Made by a program: the position numbers and the translations under genes. A stretch of 63,935 nucleotides of DNA, filler included, from Reclinomonas americana ATCC 50394 (Eukaryota), in the NCBI GenBank assembly GCA_048213135.1. It is 4 parts of 2 records of this genome, joined end to end, with 100 filler letters (N's around TTAATTAATTAA, not from the genome) between each part and the next. Parts side by side here need not be neighbours in the genome. Positions count along the whole stretch, not along the records: positions 21,291 to 44,703 come from PS015024.1; positions 44,804 to 54,290 come from PS015024.1; 2 more parts are not named here. One strand, given 5' to 3'. Below the pieces are notes generated by a model. The model searched no databases and was not told where the DNA came from. It was given only the letters and a program-made list of their open reading frames with translations. Positions 34,691 to 48,000 of this stretch are shown here, one piece after another; position 1 is the stretch's first letter; every line of letters starts with the position of its first letter.

Positions 34691-36037
34691 ATGCGTCCCT
34701 GGGCGGTGGTGATCGTCGTGTTACTGCTGCTTCTTCTCATAGCCACGAGCTGTGCACATGCAACAGTGTGCGACGACGAGCACTGGATCGATCCGCTCCC
34801 GTCGGTGGTGATGCGCCACGCATTTTGCAAGGACAAGAGTGGTGCGAGTCGCCCCTCGCGCCTCCCTTCTGTGTATGCCTCACTGACCGACCATGGCGTG
34901 TCAGAGTGCCTGTTCGAGCCCTCGGTCAAGTTCGCGGGGGGGCGACTGGAGAGCAATCGTGGAGCGATCTTTGGATCGCGGCCGGCATCGGTGCAACGAG
35001 TGCGTCTGGTGGCGCGAGTGATGCATGTGCCGTCGCGTGTGTTGGACTGGATCGATGGGCTGGAGCGTGCGCAGTGGGGCATTGTGGGGCAGAAGCTTCC
35101 GCGGCTGTACGTGGGCATTGGCTCGGCTGCCGGCTGTATTCGCAAGTTTTACGTGGAGCGGCCGGACGGGGTGCCCGACGAGAACCTCGAGTGGCGCGAC
35201 AATCTCGCCATGGTGGGCTGGGAGTGGCAGCACGATGGAAGGTCGCGTGTATGCCGCGGAAAGGAGGGAATGGTGAAAACCACTGACTGGTTTGTGTCGT
35301 GCGCGTGCGCAGTGTGACGACGCTGGTGCCGATTGCGGTCGAGGGCTCGGCGTCGTATCGGCGCGAGCGGGAGCGCACGGCCGCGTGGCCGGTGGTGGTC
35401 CGCCGCTACTATCGTGTGCGTCAGCTACGTTCGTGGCGAGGTACCGAGTTTCTGCTGCGGCAAGCCGCCGGCAGTCAGCAGTGGCCGGCGGTGAAGCATC
35501 TGCTGTGGAACACGTTTTATGCCGGTGGTATGTGTGTTTCTATCATGGCTCGACGACGTGCTCGCTCACTCTCGTGATTGTCGCCAGGCGAGTGGAACCA
35601 GGCGTTGTACATGAAAGACGTCGTGTCGCTGGCGCAGGGTGAGCCGCAGGTGGCCATGAAGTACTCTGTGGAGACCCCGCTGCCATTCGTATACGATGCA
35701 CTGCGGCGAGTGGCGGTGGCGTACGGCGTGAGCACGTCGGAGTTTGACTTGTGGCTGGACCAGGTCGAATTGGCGCCCGAGGCACTGTGGGATGCCAGCA
35801 CGAGTGAGACAGTTGCGCGAGTTGTATGTGTGCGTGCTGTGCTCCCTGCGATCTTCAATTGACTGGACGCGCGCGTCGCAGGAGACAGAGGCTGCCGCTC
35901 GCACCGTCCGCATCACCAACTTCCAGTTTGGCGTCAATCGCAACGGGGAGAGCGTGTTCACTGTGTACTACACGTATGGCGGTGGCAGCGCGAATGACGA
36001 CGGCGACGATGACGGGCTTGCATGGCGGTCGATATGA
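34691..36037 (+). CDS. Secreted protein with putative ABBA prenyltransferase-like barrel, 4 exons
   Basis: Signal peptide; FEPSVKF...NR, LYVGIG...RKFYVE, MVGWEW, RRYY, ITNFQFGVNRNGESVFTVYY. CDS well supported, fold call tentative. Confidence 0.55.
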
Positions 36038-36444
36038 TATGCTGTCAGTTGTTGTACCATGGCCGCCCAAGGTTGCGATGGTCACAGCTTGCCGGCGACG
36101 TATTGGTCCAGCACCTGGCCTGTATGTCCACTCTCGGAAGATTTCTGCAGCGAGCGCCTCGGCACTGGGACTGCAGTAGACGAGTAAGATACACTCTGTC
36201 CTTGTCTCTGCGTGAGGGCAAAGCGCCAGCTGGAGACGAATGCCAACGTTGACGTCGACGATGTCACTCGGAAATAATAAATCCCACCTCTCTCCGAATG
36301 CTTGCGCTGTAAGCACACGAGGGGCAGAGAATGGCATGACGTGTGCATTCAGTACGAGGCGCGAGGTTCGACGTGGTGCGTGCGGAGGAATGTCACGGGA
36401 CAAGTTTATTTGATTCGTTGTTGAGCGCGTCGTGTGCGTGTGCG

Positions 36445-38965
36445 ATGGACGGAGAGGCTGAGGAGCGCCCGGTGAGATACGCGCCTCTCACTCGCCCTCC
36501 CTCTCTCCCCTCGTCTCTCACCTCTCCTGTCCATGCATGCGCAGTCGGGTCGCGAATCCGCTGCCGAGCTCTTGCACAGTGCGCGTGAACGCGCGTCGCC
36601 TGAGAATGGTGGAGTGGTCCTCGGGGTGGCTCCCACCGCGGCTGCACCCTCGCAGGTTCCTCTCCGACTGTGCACTCTTGTGATGGCACCACTCCCTCTC
36701 ACTCGCCGCGCCCTCTCACAGTCTGGGCGCGAATCCGCTTCGGAGCTCTTGCGCAGTGCGCGTGAGCGCGCGTCACCCGAGAACGGTGGAGTGAACCTCA
36801 GGGTGGCTCCCACCGCTGCTGCACCCTTGCAGGTTCCTCTGCGATTGTGCACGCTTGTGATGGCACCTAATTTGTGTGATCTCACTCACGGGATATTGCG
36901 TGACAAGCAGGAGGATGACGAGCCGGAGGAGAATCGTGTCGGCCTCGTGTCACCCAATGACGTGTTGATGTCGTACGGCGCCACAGACCACATGCAAGAG
37001 GTAGCGTTTCTCCTGTCCACTGTCATGATGTGCAGTGTGCGCTCAAATGATGAACCAACCATCATGTTCGGTAACTTTTCCCTCCTTATAGCACGCCACT
37101 TTTCTCGTGTGTTTCGTCAACACACTGTCGGGCTCGCGAGGTGGCAGCACCATTGGTGAGGCGGTGTGCACAATGGCGGTGCGTGGAGCCACAGGGTGCT
37201 CATGAAATAGATGCAGTTAAGCGGCTTGAAGACTTGCACGGCAAGCACTGCGAGGTCAGGGTATTCGACTTGGCGCGCCGCGCTGATAATGGCTGCTTTG
37301 AGTGGCTCGAGGAGCACGCCGGCGAAGCAGGATTGCGCATTTTGGTGTGCGGTGGCGATGGAACCGTGTCGTGGGTGCGTACCCACTCGTTTCCCAATCC
37401 AATCAAGTCGTTGCTCTTCCTCAACCTACTTGCAGATTGTGAATCGACTGTCGTCGTTGGATGCGCACCGGCGCTCCCCAGTGCGTCTTGTTGTTGTTTT
37501 GTTGGTGTCGTTGTCGACTGCACGCCACTGACACACGTTCCAGATCGCCATCATGCCCCTCGGCACCGGCAACGACTTGTCACGTTCACTCGGCTCTGGA
37601 CCTGGTGAATCCGCCTCCTCCAGTGTGGAGCCATACGTGATGCACGGATCGCATGGGCGTGTGGTTCCGCTCGATGTGTTGCGTCGGCGAGCCGCCGTAT
37701 ATTTCTGCGCCTATACTTTTTTACTCAACGCTGTGATGACAGATGGCGAGTGCGCATTCGACATGTCGACGGCTTCACTGTCGAAGGTTGCTTTGTTCTC
37801 CTACTCGTTTTCTTCGCTCTCATCTGTCTACTGCTGACATGTGGCCGCGTTGCAGAGCGGCAGTCATGGGACTGGTTGGAGGAGCCCGATGCGCAGGCCA
37901 CTGGTTCTTTTGCTCGGGCGCAAACTACTGGACAGGAGGTGCGTGGTGAGGTGGCACTGCAGTCGTTTCTGTTCTCCAACTCCCCGTATTACATGCAGTC
38001 GTTCCTCATGACAAACTACTGGAGTATTGGTGAGTGAATGAGTGAGTGAGTGAGCGAGGATGTGAGGAAGATCTGCTGAAAACTTTCGGTGCAGGTGTCG
38101 ACGCGAGGACATCACAAATGTTTCACGAGCATCGTGAGGGTGGTGGATGCTGCACAGGTCTGAGATGTTGCAACAAATTGTGGTGCGTATCTGTGGTTGT
38201 TGTCAAGTGCGAGTGGGTGATCTCGAGAACATAACACATGTTTCACAGGTACGGATTGTTCGGCCTGAAGTTGTGCTGCTGCTCGAGACAGCGCAAGATT
38301 GCTGACCTGCTCGAATACTTTGAGGTGAGAGTAGAGAGTGTCTGTCCTGCTGTTGTGTTGGGCTGACGGCCGCTGTGTCGCTGCAGGCCGATGGTGAAAT
38401 GATGGACATACTGGACTCGTTGGAGACCCTCATATTTGTCAACATTCCGAGCTATGCCGCAGGTACTTACTTCTCGTGTCCGCTGAGTATCATGGCCGTC
38501 ACTCACGACTAACGCAATGCGGCAGGCACGAAGTTGTGGAATCTGCGCGGCGTTGATGAGCAGGTGTGTCGAGCTGTGAATCTGTGAGTGCAATGTGCCT
38601 TGGTCGGTGACGTGATTCGTGTGCGTGTGCAGTTCGACGAGCAGCACATTGGCGACGGTCGCCTGGAAGTCCTTGGTGCCAATGGGGTGGCACACCTGGT
38701 CCGTTGCGGTTGCCTGCATAAACTGTTCAATCCCACAGCTCACTCTGCTTTGGCCGTGTCACAGTTGGACATTCGCACTGGCTGTCGTCACCCAATCAAA
38801 GTCGCGCAGTGCAGGTCATACCGCCTCGTGCTGGGCGGCGACTGCTGTATGCAACTCGATGGTGAGCCTCGCCGCTCCGGTCCCTGCCAGGTGGCGATTG
38901 AGCACGTCGGCGTGCAGAATATGGTGGAGTTTCCACCAGAGCACACCGCGTCTTGCTGCTGCTAA
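36445..38965 (+). CDS. Diacylglycerol kinase
   Basis: FLVCFVNTLSGSRGG, RILVCGGDGTVSW, IMPLGTGNDLSRSLG, LDVW, NYWSIGVDA, FHEHRE, NKLWY, NIPSYAAG, GDGRLEV, MQLDGEP; ends CCC*. Confidence 0.92.
36545..36867 (+). repeat. Tandem duplication, 177-bp period
   Basis: 36545-36690 and 36722-36867 are near-identical. Confidence 0.9.
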
Positions 38966-39018
38966 TAATCATGGCGGCCAATGGCGCCGTGCTGCGGATC
39001 AAATTTATGTATCAACGT

Positions 39019-40292
39019 TTACTTCTTTACGCGAGGAGTGTCGTCGTAGAATGGCTGCTCACTGTTCTTGACGGAGATCGGCGACTCCTTCAGCTGCCTG
39101 GCGGCGGCTCTGGCTGAGGCGCGCAATCGACGCCGGAGACACAGGAACAGGCAGCACAGCGCACGCTGCAACTCAGAGCGGTAGTGCCAGAGCATCCACA
39201 ATAGGGTGAGGAAGCACCAGCACATGGTGGCGATGGTGGGCAGACTGAACGGCGTCAGCCACAAGGTTGATTTCCAGCGGTCCACCTGCCACGCGCCGCC
39301 CACGCACACTGCCTGCAGACGGCGCTGTTCGACACACACACTTGCTGAGAATAGTACCTCTGATTCTAGTCACGGTAAGGAGGTACCTCGAGTGTGCCAG
39401 GAGGTGTGGCGACAACATCTACGCGCGCCACATGAGTGCTGAGGTCGACTGGTAGTGGTGAGACTGTGGCCTGCGCACCAACCAGCATGACGCACAGTTG
39501 GAAAATGATGGCACATGACGCAAAGTCTTACCTGTGAGGTTGTGCCCTCGGAACCTGTGCACGCGCAGACCCCATTGAGAAAAAGCGCAGAAATGTCGTG
39601 AAGAACTGGCACGCAACAGATGCTGCAGCGACCGCCGATGCACGACAGGCCCGGTCCACACGACAGATTGCGGTTCACGCTGCCGTCGGCGTTGGTGACC
39701 AGGGCCGAGCAGCGTGCGTTGTACAGTGGCGAGTCCACCAACTTGGCGCATCGACCTTTGCAAGAAGGATAAAACGGATTTGAATTCACGAATCGCCTAG
39801 TACATGGAGACAACTCGTGGATACACGCACCATCGTCGGTGCAGTACTGGTTGCGTTCGCAAAAGTAAAAGGGAGCGTAGAGAGTGTGCTTCTGTGATCG
39901 GCACACGGCGATGCCCGACGGCAGCTTGCTGCACGACGACGCGCGACGGTAGCGATAGGGTATCGTGGTCTCGAATTGCCAGTTTCCGTGTGTGCCGGGA
40001 ATGCATTCGCCGCACAAGACTTGCGGGCCGCCATCGACCGCATACGGTACGTGGCTCTACGTGCCACACACGCCTCCTCAGTGCACGTGCACACACGCAC
40101 AGCAGCTTCCCTCCTTTCTCCACAAACCTCATCACATTGCAGATTGACGCTGCGCAAGAGTGCTCGGCGGGCGAGAACCCGCGCCATCGGCCCATCGCAC
40201 TCACCAGCTGGCGAATCCATCGAACACACACCATGAACACCCACTGCGCACCCCAGCAACACCAAGGCGATCACCAGGCGACACTCGCTCAT
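39019..40292 (-). CDS. Cysteine-rich single-pass membrane protein
   Basis: Signal peptide, Cys-rich ectodomain (CGECIPG, CERNQYCTDDGAC, CGPGLSCIGGRCSIC), TM segment near C-terminus. Confidence 0.65.
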
Positions 40293-40547
40293 TGCACCAC
40301 GACAACTGACGGAAATCGGATCACACTCAACGCCACCTGCCACTGCTCGGCAACTACGCACACAACGCAGATACAGTGCGAGCGCGCAGCCTGCTCACAC
40401 CCGCACACAAGAGTGGCAACAAGACAACAACAACAACAACAAGATGTATTTCGCTGTTGTCGTCGTCATCCCCGCATGCATGCATGCATGCACAAAGAGA
40501 ACCACAGAAAACACAGGATGCAAGGAGAGGAAGAGACAAACGCCCGC

Positions 40548-41230
40548 TCACTTTCCACCCCCAATCAACGATGTCACAGAGTCCTTGGCCTGCGTGAACA
40601 GATCCTTGGCGCAGCGCACCAGATCCTCTCCAAGCGTCGGCCGACCCGCACCCTACGCACACACACACGCATGTCACACACACACACAGACACACTCTCC
40701 ACTCTGCGCTTGGCACTCACCCACTCAGCGTCGAGCGCACCCGGCTTCTGATACTCCACCTCCGCCCTACGAGATGCGTCGCGTGTCAGATCGCATCCGC
40801 CGCATCTCACACATGGAGAGCGAGAGAGGCATGCACACTCCACACACACGCGAGACACATAAAGACAACAGACAAGGGTGCACACGCGGAGGAGAGCAAG
40901 AGAGCAACAGAGCAACAGAGACATGTCCACATCTGCGCGCAACTTGGTGAGCCCCCTGCCGGCGCCAAAGCCCGCGCCAAACGTCAAGATGGACAGCGCC
41001 ACCGCCGGACCTGCTCGCTCACTCTTGAGTCTCTCTACCGAAGCACGCATGCACAGCACACATAGGCGACACATACGTTTCCGAGCAAACAGCAGCGACG
41101 GCAGTGCAGCGACCACCACACCAGAGCCGACCTCGCGTGAGACCTGGCTCATGGAGCGGTTCCATCGCTCACCAGCCTGGAAGTCGGTCTTGATGGCCTC
41201 GACCTTGGACGACGACGACGGGGACGACAT
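40548..41230 (-). CDS. MIC10: MICOS subunit Mic10-like
   Basis: GERWNRSM..., TM1, basic loop RKR, TM2 with FGAGFGAGRG, then KAEVEYQKP. Confidence 0.75.
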
Positions 41231-41290
41231 GAGCGCTCAAGAGATGATTGCAGCAGATAATGATCGATCGATCAACCCTTTTTCGATTAG

Positions 41291-43024
41291 ATGTTGCGCC
41301 TTGCAGCGATCGCCTTGCGACTTGTTCCCGCGAGGTGCGGTCGCGCATGCTCATCGAGCAGCTCGTTTGCTGCACTGGCGGCTGCCGATGCCGCATGGAA
41401 AGGCGGCGATATCAGTCAGGCGCTGCAATTGGCACGAGAGGCCACGGCCGAGGCCACCGATCCGCAAGCTCTCTGTGCGTGCGTGCTCGTCTGTCAGTGT
41501 GCGTGCGTTGCTGGGGAGGAGGTGACTCACACTGTGGTGGAGTAGTGCGTGTTGGCGATATGCATCTCGTGGCGGAGGAGCTGGCGACGGCGTTGGAGTG
41601 GTACAACAAGGTGTTGCGCGTGGATCCGAGTGAGGTGGCGGCGTACACGCATCGTGCGCAGTGTTTTGAGCGGATGCAGCAGTTTGGAGAGGCGGTGGTG
41701 CGTGCTGATGCATGGCCTCTCACTGACTGTGTGACTGACGGCATTGTGTTGTTCAGCGCGACTATGAGGAGGCGCATCGATTGGTGGTGGAGACGGCAAC
41801 CGATGACATGGACGACGATGCGCTGCGGCAGACGAGAGCAGAGATCCTCATGTGGTTCGTCTGGCGTGTGTGTGTCTCTATGTGCATTTGCGGCCTCATG
41901 CTCCTGCCGCACAGCAAGGGCTACGCTTTTCTCAATCAACACGCCAAGCTGATCGAGGCTGCACGCCAAGAGGACGACCCACAGGTTCCTCTTCTTGTTT
42001 TCTCTGTCTCCCCCCGACTGGGCACTCACTCCGCCGCAGCGGCGAGCGTCGCCGGAGATTGCGGACACACTGACTGCGGCGATTGTGTCGTACTCGGAGG
42101 TGCTGGCGCTCGTGCCCGACAACGTGGACGCCATGTACGGTCGCGCCCTGTGTTTCGTGCGTGGTGGTCAGTACGATGCGGCCATTGTCGATGCAAAGGC
42201 CTGCTTGCAGATCGACGACGGCCACCTTCCGTGCAACCACGTGCTTGCCGAGTGTTTCCAGCTGCAAGGTACATTGCTCGCCGCCCTCCGCCCTCCGCCC
42301 TGCACATCTTCCCGTGTTCTTACTCTCTCTCTTGACTGACAGAGCAATGGGCGGAGGCTGTGGCCTACTACACGCGCTACCTCGACGGACTCGACGCGTA
42401 TGTGACACAGGCGATGCAGCGTGGTTCGTGAGTTGTCTCCGACACACCCTGCACCTTCCCTCATCCATGCACACAGGTGGCCAGGGTGTTGGCGAGATTC
42501 CTCGTGCCATGTGTCAGGCGGCCTTCAAGCGCTCCGTGTGCCTCGTGAACATGAACAAGTTCCAGGATGCTGTCGAGGGCTTTACGGGATACATTAGCGT
42601 TTCGTCCATCGCCCCCTTTTCCCTCTCCCCCGCTCCTGTCTCACCGACTCCTTCCTTATTCACAGCTGGTGGAGATGCTGGTGCAGAATTCGCCGCCCGA
42701 CGCGGCCCCCTACTGGACCGACCGACTCGGCCTGGCGTACTTGCGGCGCGGCAGGTGCTGGGCGGCGCTGAACGAGAACTTCAAGGTACACGCACCGCAC
42801 GCACATTCCACACACATTCTTGTCGCACACTGTCCTCACGAGGCTCGTGGCAGGCGGTCGAGGATTTTACGCTGGCGGCGAGGCACATTCCGCAGCACTT
42901 TGAGATTTACGAAGCGCGAGCGCAGGCCTGGCGCAACTTGGCCATGCACGAGAATGCGGAGAAGGACATGCAAGAGTACCGCCGACTCAAGCGCACCGCC
43001 ATCTTCGAGGTGTACAACGAATGA
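41291..43024 (+). CDS. TPR-repeat protein, probable mitochondrial presequence
   Basis: Repeated TPR helices (ALEWYNKVLRVDP...AYTHRAQCF; YSEVLALVPDNVDAMYGRALCF; IYEARAQAWRNL). Confidence 0.8.
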
Positions 43025-43179
43025 AACGAGAGAACCAATAGACATTGTGTAAAGTAGCGAACGCTTGATTTCACGCTCTGCCTTCCTAATCTCTCTCTCC
43101 TCTCCCTTAATCTCTCTTTTCTTATCCACACAGCCACACAAATGTTTAGTCTTTAGCTAACTAACATAACAACGGCCCT

Positions 43180-43555
43180 TCACATGGCTAGCCGCCGTTT
43201 GGAGGACGGCCGGCCAGCACTGGACGGCGGCGAATGCGCAGTCATATTCACGTCGGTGATGGTGGCAGCCGCCAGTGCCGACGGCAAGCCCTTGCCTCGT
43301 CGCTTCGGAGTGCCATCCGAAACCGGCGTCACCACCGCCGCTGCTGCAGGTGGTGGCGACGAAACATGTAGTGGAACTGGCAAGCCACCGTCAAGTGGCG
43401 GCAGACTCGCCATCAACACGTCCGGTGACTCGCCCGGCGCCGCGGGCCACACAGGCAACGGCGGTAGTGGTGGAATCGTCGACGTGGCCGACGAGGCCGA
43501 CGACGATGATGATGACGACGACAGCGCATCGGCTCCTCCTACTGTAGTGGTTGTT

Positions 43556-43587
<32 letters not shown>

Positions 43588-44703
43588 GCTGTCGTCACCA
43601 TACCGAATGTCGCTCCGATCAATCACCGGCATGCACGGTCGTGCGGGCGGCACCGCCAGATGAAGAAGTGAGTACGGCGCGCCGTAGTTGACCGAATCCA
43701 CCTCCGACGTCGGCAGCGACGACGCCGCATGTCGATGTGTGCCCGTCGCCACCGGCACAGCCGGCACTGCACCACCAGGTGGGACAATGCCGGCGGCCAG
43801 CATCGCAGCATGTCGCGCTTTCCGCCTCTTCTCTTGCATCTTGAGAAACGCCTCGTAGGCAGCCTTCTCCCGTCTCTGCCGCACACCATGTGCCTTCACG
43901 TACGGCAGCAGCTCTGGGTCGTCGGCAAGCAGCTCCTGCAGTGAGACCTCCTGCACCGCCTGAGCTGCAGTCTCTGACTCGATCACGGTCGCCGCCTCTG
44001 CTGCTGCTACAGCTGCAGCCGCAGCCGCCGCCGCTGCCGAAACCGTCGCCATTGGCGTGAACTCGGACTCACCAGCATTGTGCATGGTTGCAGTCGTCGT
44101 CGACGCAGTGCGTGCCGCAGTAGTGTCATCCTCGTCCAGCTCGCCGTCCAACAACGATTCGTCCTTGCTGAGGTGCTCGTCCAACATGTCGGAATCGAGC
44201 GAGAACGGCGGTGGTGAGAACCAGTCGTTGGGCTCCTGTGACGATGGCGTGTCAATGTCCATCAGTGGCGAGCCACCGACCCCCGTCGAGATGGGCNNNN
44301 NNNNNNNNNNNNNNNNNNNNNNNNNNNNNNNNNNNNNNNNNNNNNNNNNNNNNNNNNNNNNNNNNNNNNNNNNNNNNGTGCTGGGCACGTCGTCGGCCGC
44401 AGTCTCTGCTGCCAGCGGCTCCGTTGGCACACTGGCAGCGGGCGCAGTCACCGCCATCGCTGACGATGCCGAGGCAAGTGCCGCCGCGGCCGCAGCGGCC
44501 GCAGCAGAGGCAGCCGCAGCACGCCGACCCACTGGCGCAGCGGCGAGCACCGGTGCCGACCGCGAGGACCGTCGCCGACCGCCCCGACCCCGACCACGTC
44601 GCGTGGTGCTGGTGGTGGTCTGCGAGGTTGCAGTGCGCCGCCGGTACTCGGCCAGCGCTGGCGGCACCAAAAACGACGGCGCATACATGATCAACTCGTC
44701 GCC
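43180..44703 (-). CDS. Hypothetical low-complexity protein, C-terminal part
   Basis: Long ORF across a small gap with Ala/Thr/Ser runs and basic NLS-like patches. Confidence 0.6.
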
Positions 44704-44803
44704 NNNNNNNNNNNNNNNNNNNNNNNNNNNNNNNNNNNNNNNNNNNNTTAATTAATTAANNNNNNNNNNNNNNNNNNNNNNNNNNNNNNNNNNNNNNNNN
44801 NNN

Positions 44804-44975
44804 AGCACACACGCGCATGCACATGCGCAGACAACTCCACGTCTGCACGCAACGGACTGTGGAAGAAGAGCACGAGCAGACGATCGACTCCCGGCGTCAT
44901 TGTCTCATGCACCTCATACGCCATCTCGCCACTCGTCACGTCCACAATGCGCGGACCACCACAACACGCACCCAT
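44804..44975 (-). CDS. First exon of a putatively N-acylated protein, possibly thioredoxin-like; truncated
   Basis: MGACCGG N-terminus, then RLLVLFFHSP followed by a GTTGCG donor. Confidence 0.45.
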
Positions 44976-45074
44976 ACTGCACCCACAAGACAGGAACAAA
45001 ATCGGTCCCGCGAGGACCTTTTCAGATCGTCCGTGTCGGGTGTGCTGCAGCACGAGCTCCTCTTGTGCGCATCG

Positions 45075-48000
45075 ATGAGTGTCATGCATCGTCGTCGCGA
45101 TCCAGTGGTGGAACGTTGTGTGTCTGTCTGTGGCGCTCAAGTGAGATCCAGATTTGGACTCATTCATTGTATGCGTGCGATCAGTGGCCGAGGACGTGCT
45201 GGTTCGCGTGTGTGAGTTCTGCACTGCGATGGATCTGCTTCGTGGCGTGCAACTGACATGCAGGTTCGCGAGAGATGGTTGTGGCGTGGCGTGTGTGTGT
45301 GTGCATTGAGTGATTGATCGCTGCAGGCATTGGCGATCGGCGGTGCTGCGGGTGCGATCGCTTTCCGTGACTGGCAGCGGCAAGAAGATCAAGCTCGATG
45401 CACCTGCGTGTCGATCGTTGGCGAGGTGTTCGCAGCTTGCGTCTCTGCCTGTCTCTTTTCCGCCGTCGCTCATTCGAGGGGAGCAGGTTTTGCCGAGTCA
45501 CGCACCTGCGCTTCTCCGGGTGCACGGTACCGCGCGATTTGTTCCAGAGCTTTGCGCTGACGCCGAGCGTGAAAGACGAACCGCTGCCAGTGGAGGAGGA
45601 AGCATACTTCGACGATGACGAGGAGTATGAGGACGAGGATGTCGTCGGTTCGCCACTGGAGCACCCGGTGCGACGGCATGCGTTGCGATCGGTGGAGTTC
45701 AACACGTGCAAGCTGCCGGCGGCCGACAAGAATAGTCTGAATCGAGCCTTGTCACTCGAGTCGAGTTCTTGCTCGTTTCTGCTGACGGCCATGAGTCGCA
45801 CGCCGGCCATCACGTTTTCCCACGTGCATCTGGGCGTTCGCGAGTTGTCCGCCGTTCTCAGCCATGCAGGTGACACCGTGGACTCAACTGGCATAGTCTC
45901 TCGCTCTCTCAGACGCCGTTCCTCATTCTTTCTCCCTCGCTGTAGTGGTGGGTCGGCGGCTGGTGGCACTCGAGTTGCACAATTGTCGCGGAATCGAGCA
46001 GTCGGTGCTGGTCATTCCCGCATGTGCGTCTCTCACTCCCTTGCGGCATGACACCGGTCGACGAGCTAACTCGCTCGATCCCTTGTATTCTCTGATGCGT
46101 AGCCATGACGGCCTTGCGACGCCTCTGCTTGACTGTGTCGCAGCCTGTGGTGGTACACGCACCACAGCTGCAGCACTTGTCCGTCGACTCACCACAGCGG
46201 GCGAGTCCTCTGACACTCCAGCTCAGCAAGGCCACTGCGCAGCACCTTGAGTTCTTGAGGTTGGTCGACTCCAGCAGTGTGTCTCATGTCTCTCTGTGCT
46301 CATTTCGGAGCATGTGTTCTCGCTTCAGTTTCGCCGGCCACGTGACGGGCTTTGATGTGATTCGAGAAGAGGTTGGAGGGCAGGCAGGAGATGGCGACTA
46401 TCTTGCTGTGGATAGACCAGTGTCGCCCCTGAAGAGACTTGGTGAGTGATTGACTTGGTATCTAAGAGTTTTGCATCGTCCTCATCCCATTTGGTAGTCC
46501 TCGACCTGAAGAATGGCAGCACGATCACTCTGTTCCGACTGACTGTGGAGGTGTGTTCGTGTCGGTGGAGCGCCTGGCTATTGATGCTCACGATGATAGA
46601 TTGGTCGTGCAGCTTGGCTCAATGCCGCACCTGACGCACCTGACCATATGTGGTGGAACTCTCGACGAGGGCACCGTCGAGCACCTGGTCGAGCGCACGT
46701 TGGCGGGCGGTAACTTGCGCAAGCTCAAGCTCCTTCGTCCCGCTGTGCCGGTTCGCATGTCGATATGTTGCACACGAATAGCAATGTCCACGATCTCATG
46801 TGCGCGTGCGCAGGAGAACGCGGGCGTGGCTCCTGCTGTTGCCCTGACGGCTATTCTGAGCGCCGTACCGAGGCTCGAGTCACTGACTCTTGGCGGACTG
46901 CGTGTTCCGGGAGAGATACGGATTCGCTTGCGCCAGCTGCGCAAGCTGCGCGCCTTGTGGTGCTCCATGCGTGAACTTCATCTCGCCACGCCGGCACTCG
47001 AACGGTTTGAGAGCACCTCGTCTCTCGCCTGCGATTTTCTGTCGACTTGCTCACTTCCAGTCTGTCGCACAGGCTGCAAGTGGATGGATCCGACCGACTG
47101 GCGTCAATCACGGTGGAGGACGATGCGCCTCTGCTGTTGCTTCGCTACGTCGATGTGACCGGCACGCTGATCGATGACGCATGCTTCACTGCCCTTCTCC
47201 GCGCGCCACGGTTTGCAGGGCGTGTCGGGCCAGTTCCCCTTGCAGCTGGTCAGCTTACCGTTTCTCCCTCTCTCTCCCATTTTTAGGTTGCAGCGCGTGC
47301 GTGCCGCTCACTGCTCACGGTTGCAGAATGTGCGCGTGCCGGAGACGGCGAGAGAGCTCGGTCTGCTGTCGGTGCATGAGTCGGCGGGTGTGGAATCGGT
47401 AAGCATAGCCGGCCGGCCTGATCTCATTCTGTGTACACATGGTGCGACGGGCATGCGCCGAATCGATGTTCCGCGAGGTATGAGCGCAGCACAACGACTG
47501 GGTTCACAGAACTCGCAAGTTGACGATGCATGTGATTCACACAGGAGGCGTCTCGTCCCTGACACTGACCTCGGTGTATGGCGGGCTGTCACTCGCCAAC
47601 CTTGTACATTTGACGGACCTCTCCCTGGATGGTGCAATCCGATTGGAAGATGCTACGGCCTTGCTCTCTGGACTGCGCTCACCACTTCGCCGTCTGAGCT
47701 TGCGTGGCTGCTCGAGTCTGCGCTCGCTGAGCTTGCACGATGCCGCAGAGGACGGCATCGGACGATGGCAGTACTTGTCGACACTCTGCCTCACTGGGTC
47801 TGTCTGTGTGTATGTTGATATTCTCTCGCTGCTGCAGTGTTGACCAACTGACTTGGCACATCCAGCTGCCAAAATCTGGAGACACTGACGTTGGCGTGTC
47901 CGGTGCTGGAGTTGATCATGGGTCTGGAATCGCTGTCGCGATTGCACACGGCTCACCTGTGGCTACCGCGGCTCCTCTCGCTGAGCTTGCCACCGTCGTC

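Noticed and set aside
37071-37116. Apparent non-canonical GT...CG or U12-like intron in DAGK
   Set aside because: A canonical intron 37001-37091 (GTAGCG...TTATAG) restores HATFLVCFVNTLSGSRGG.
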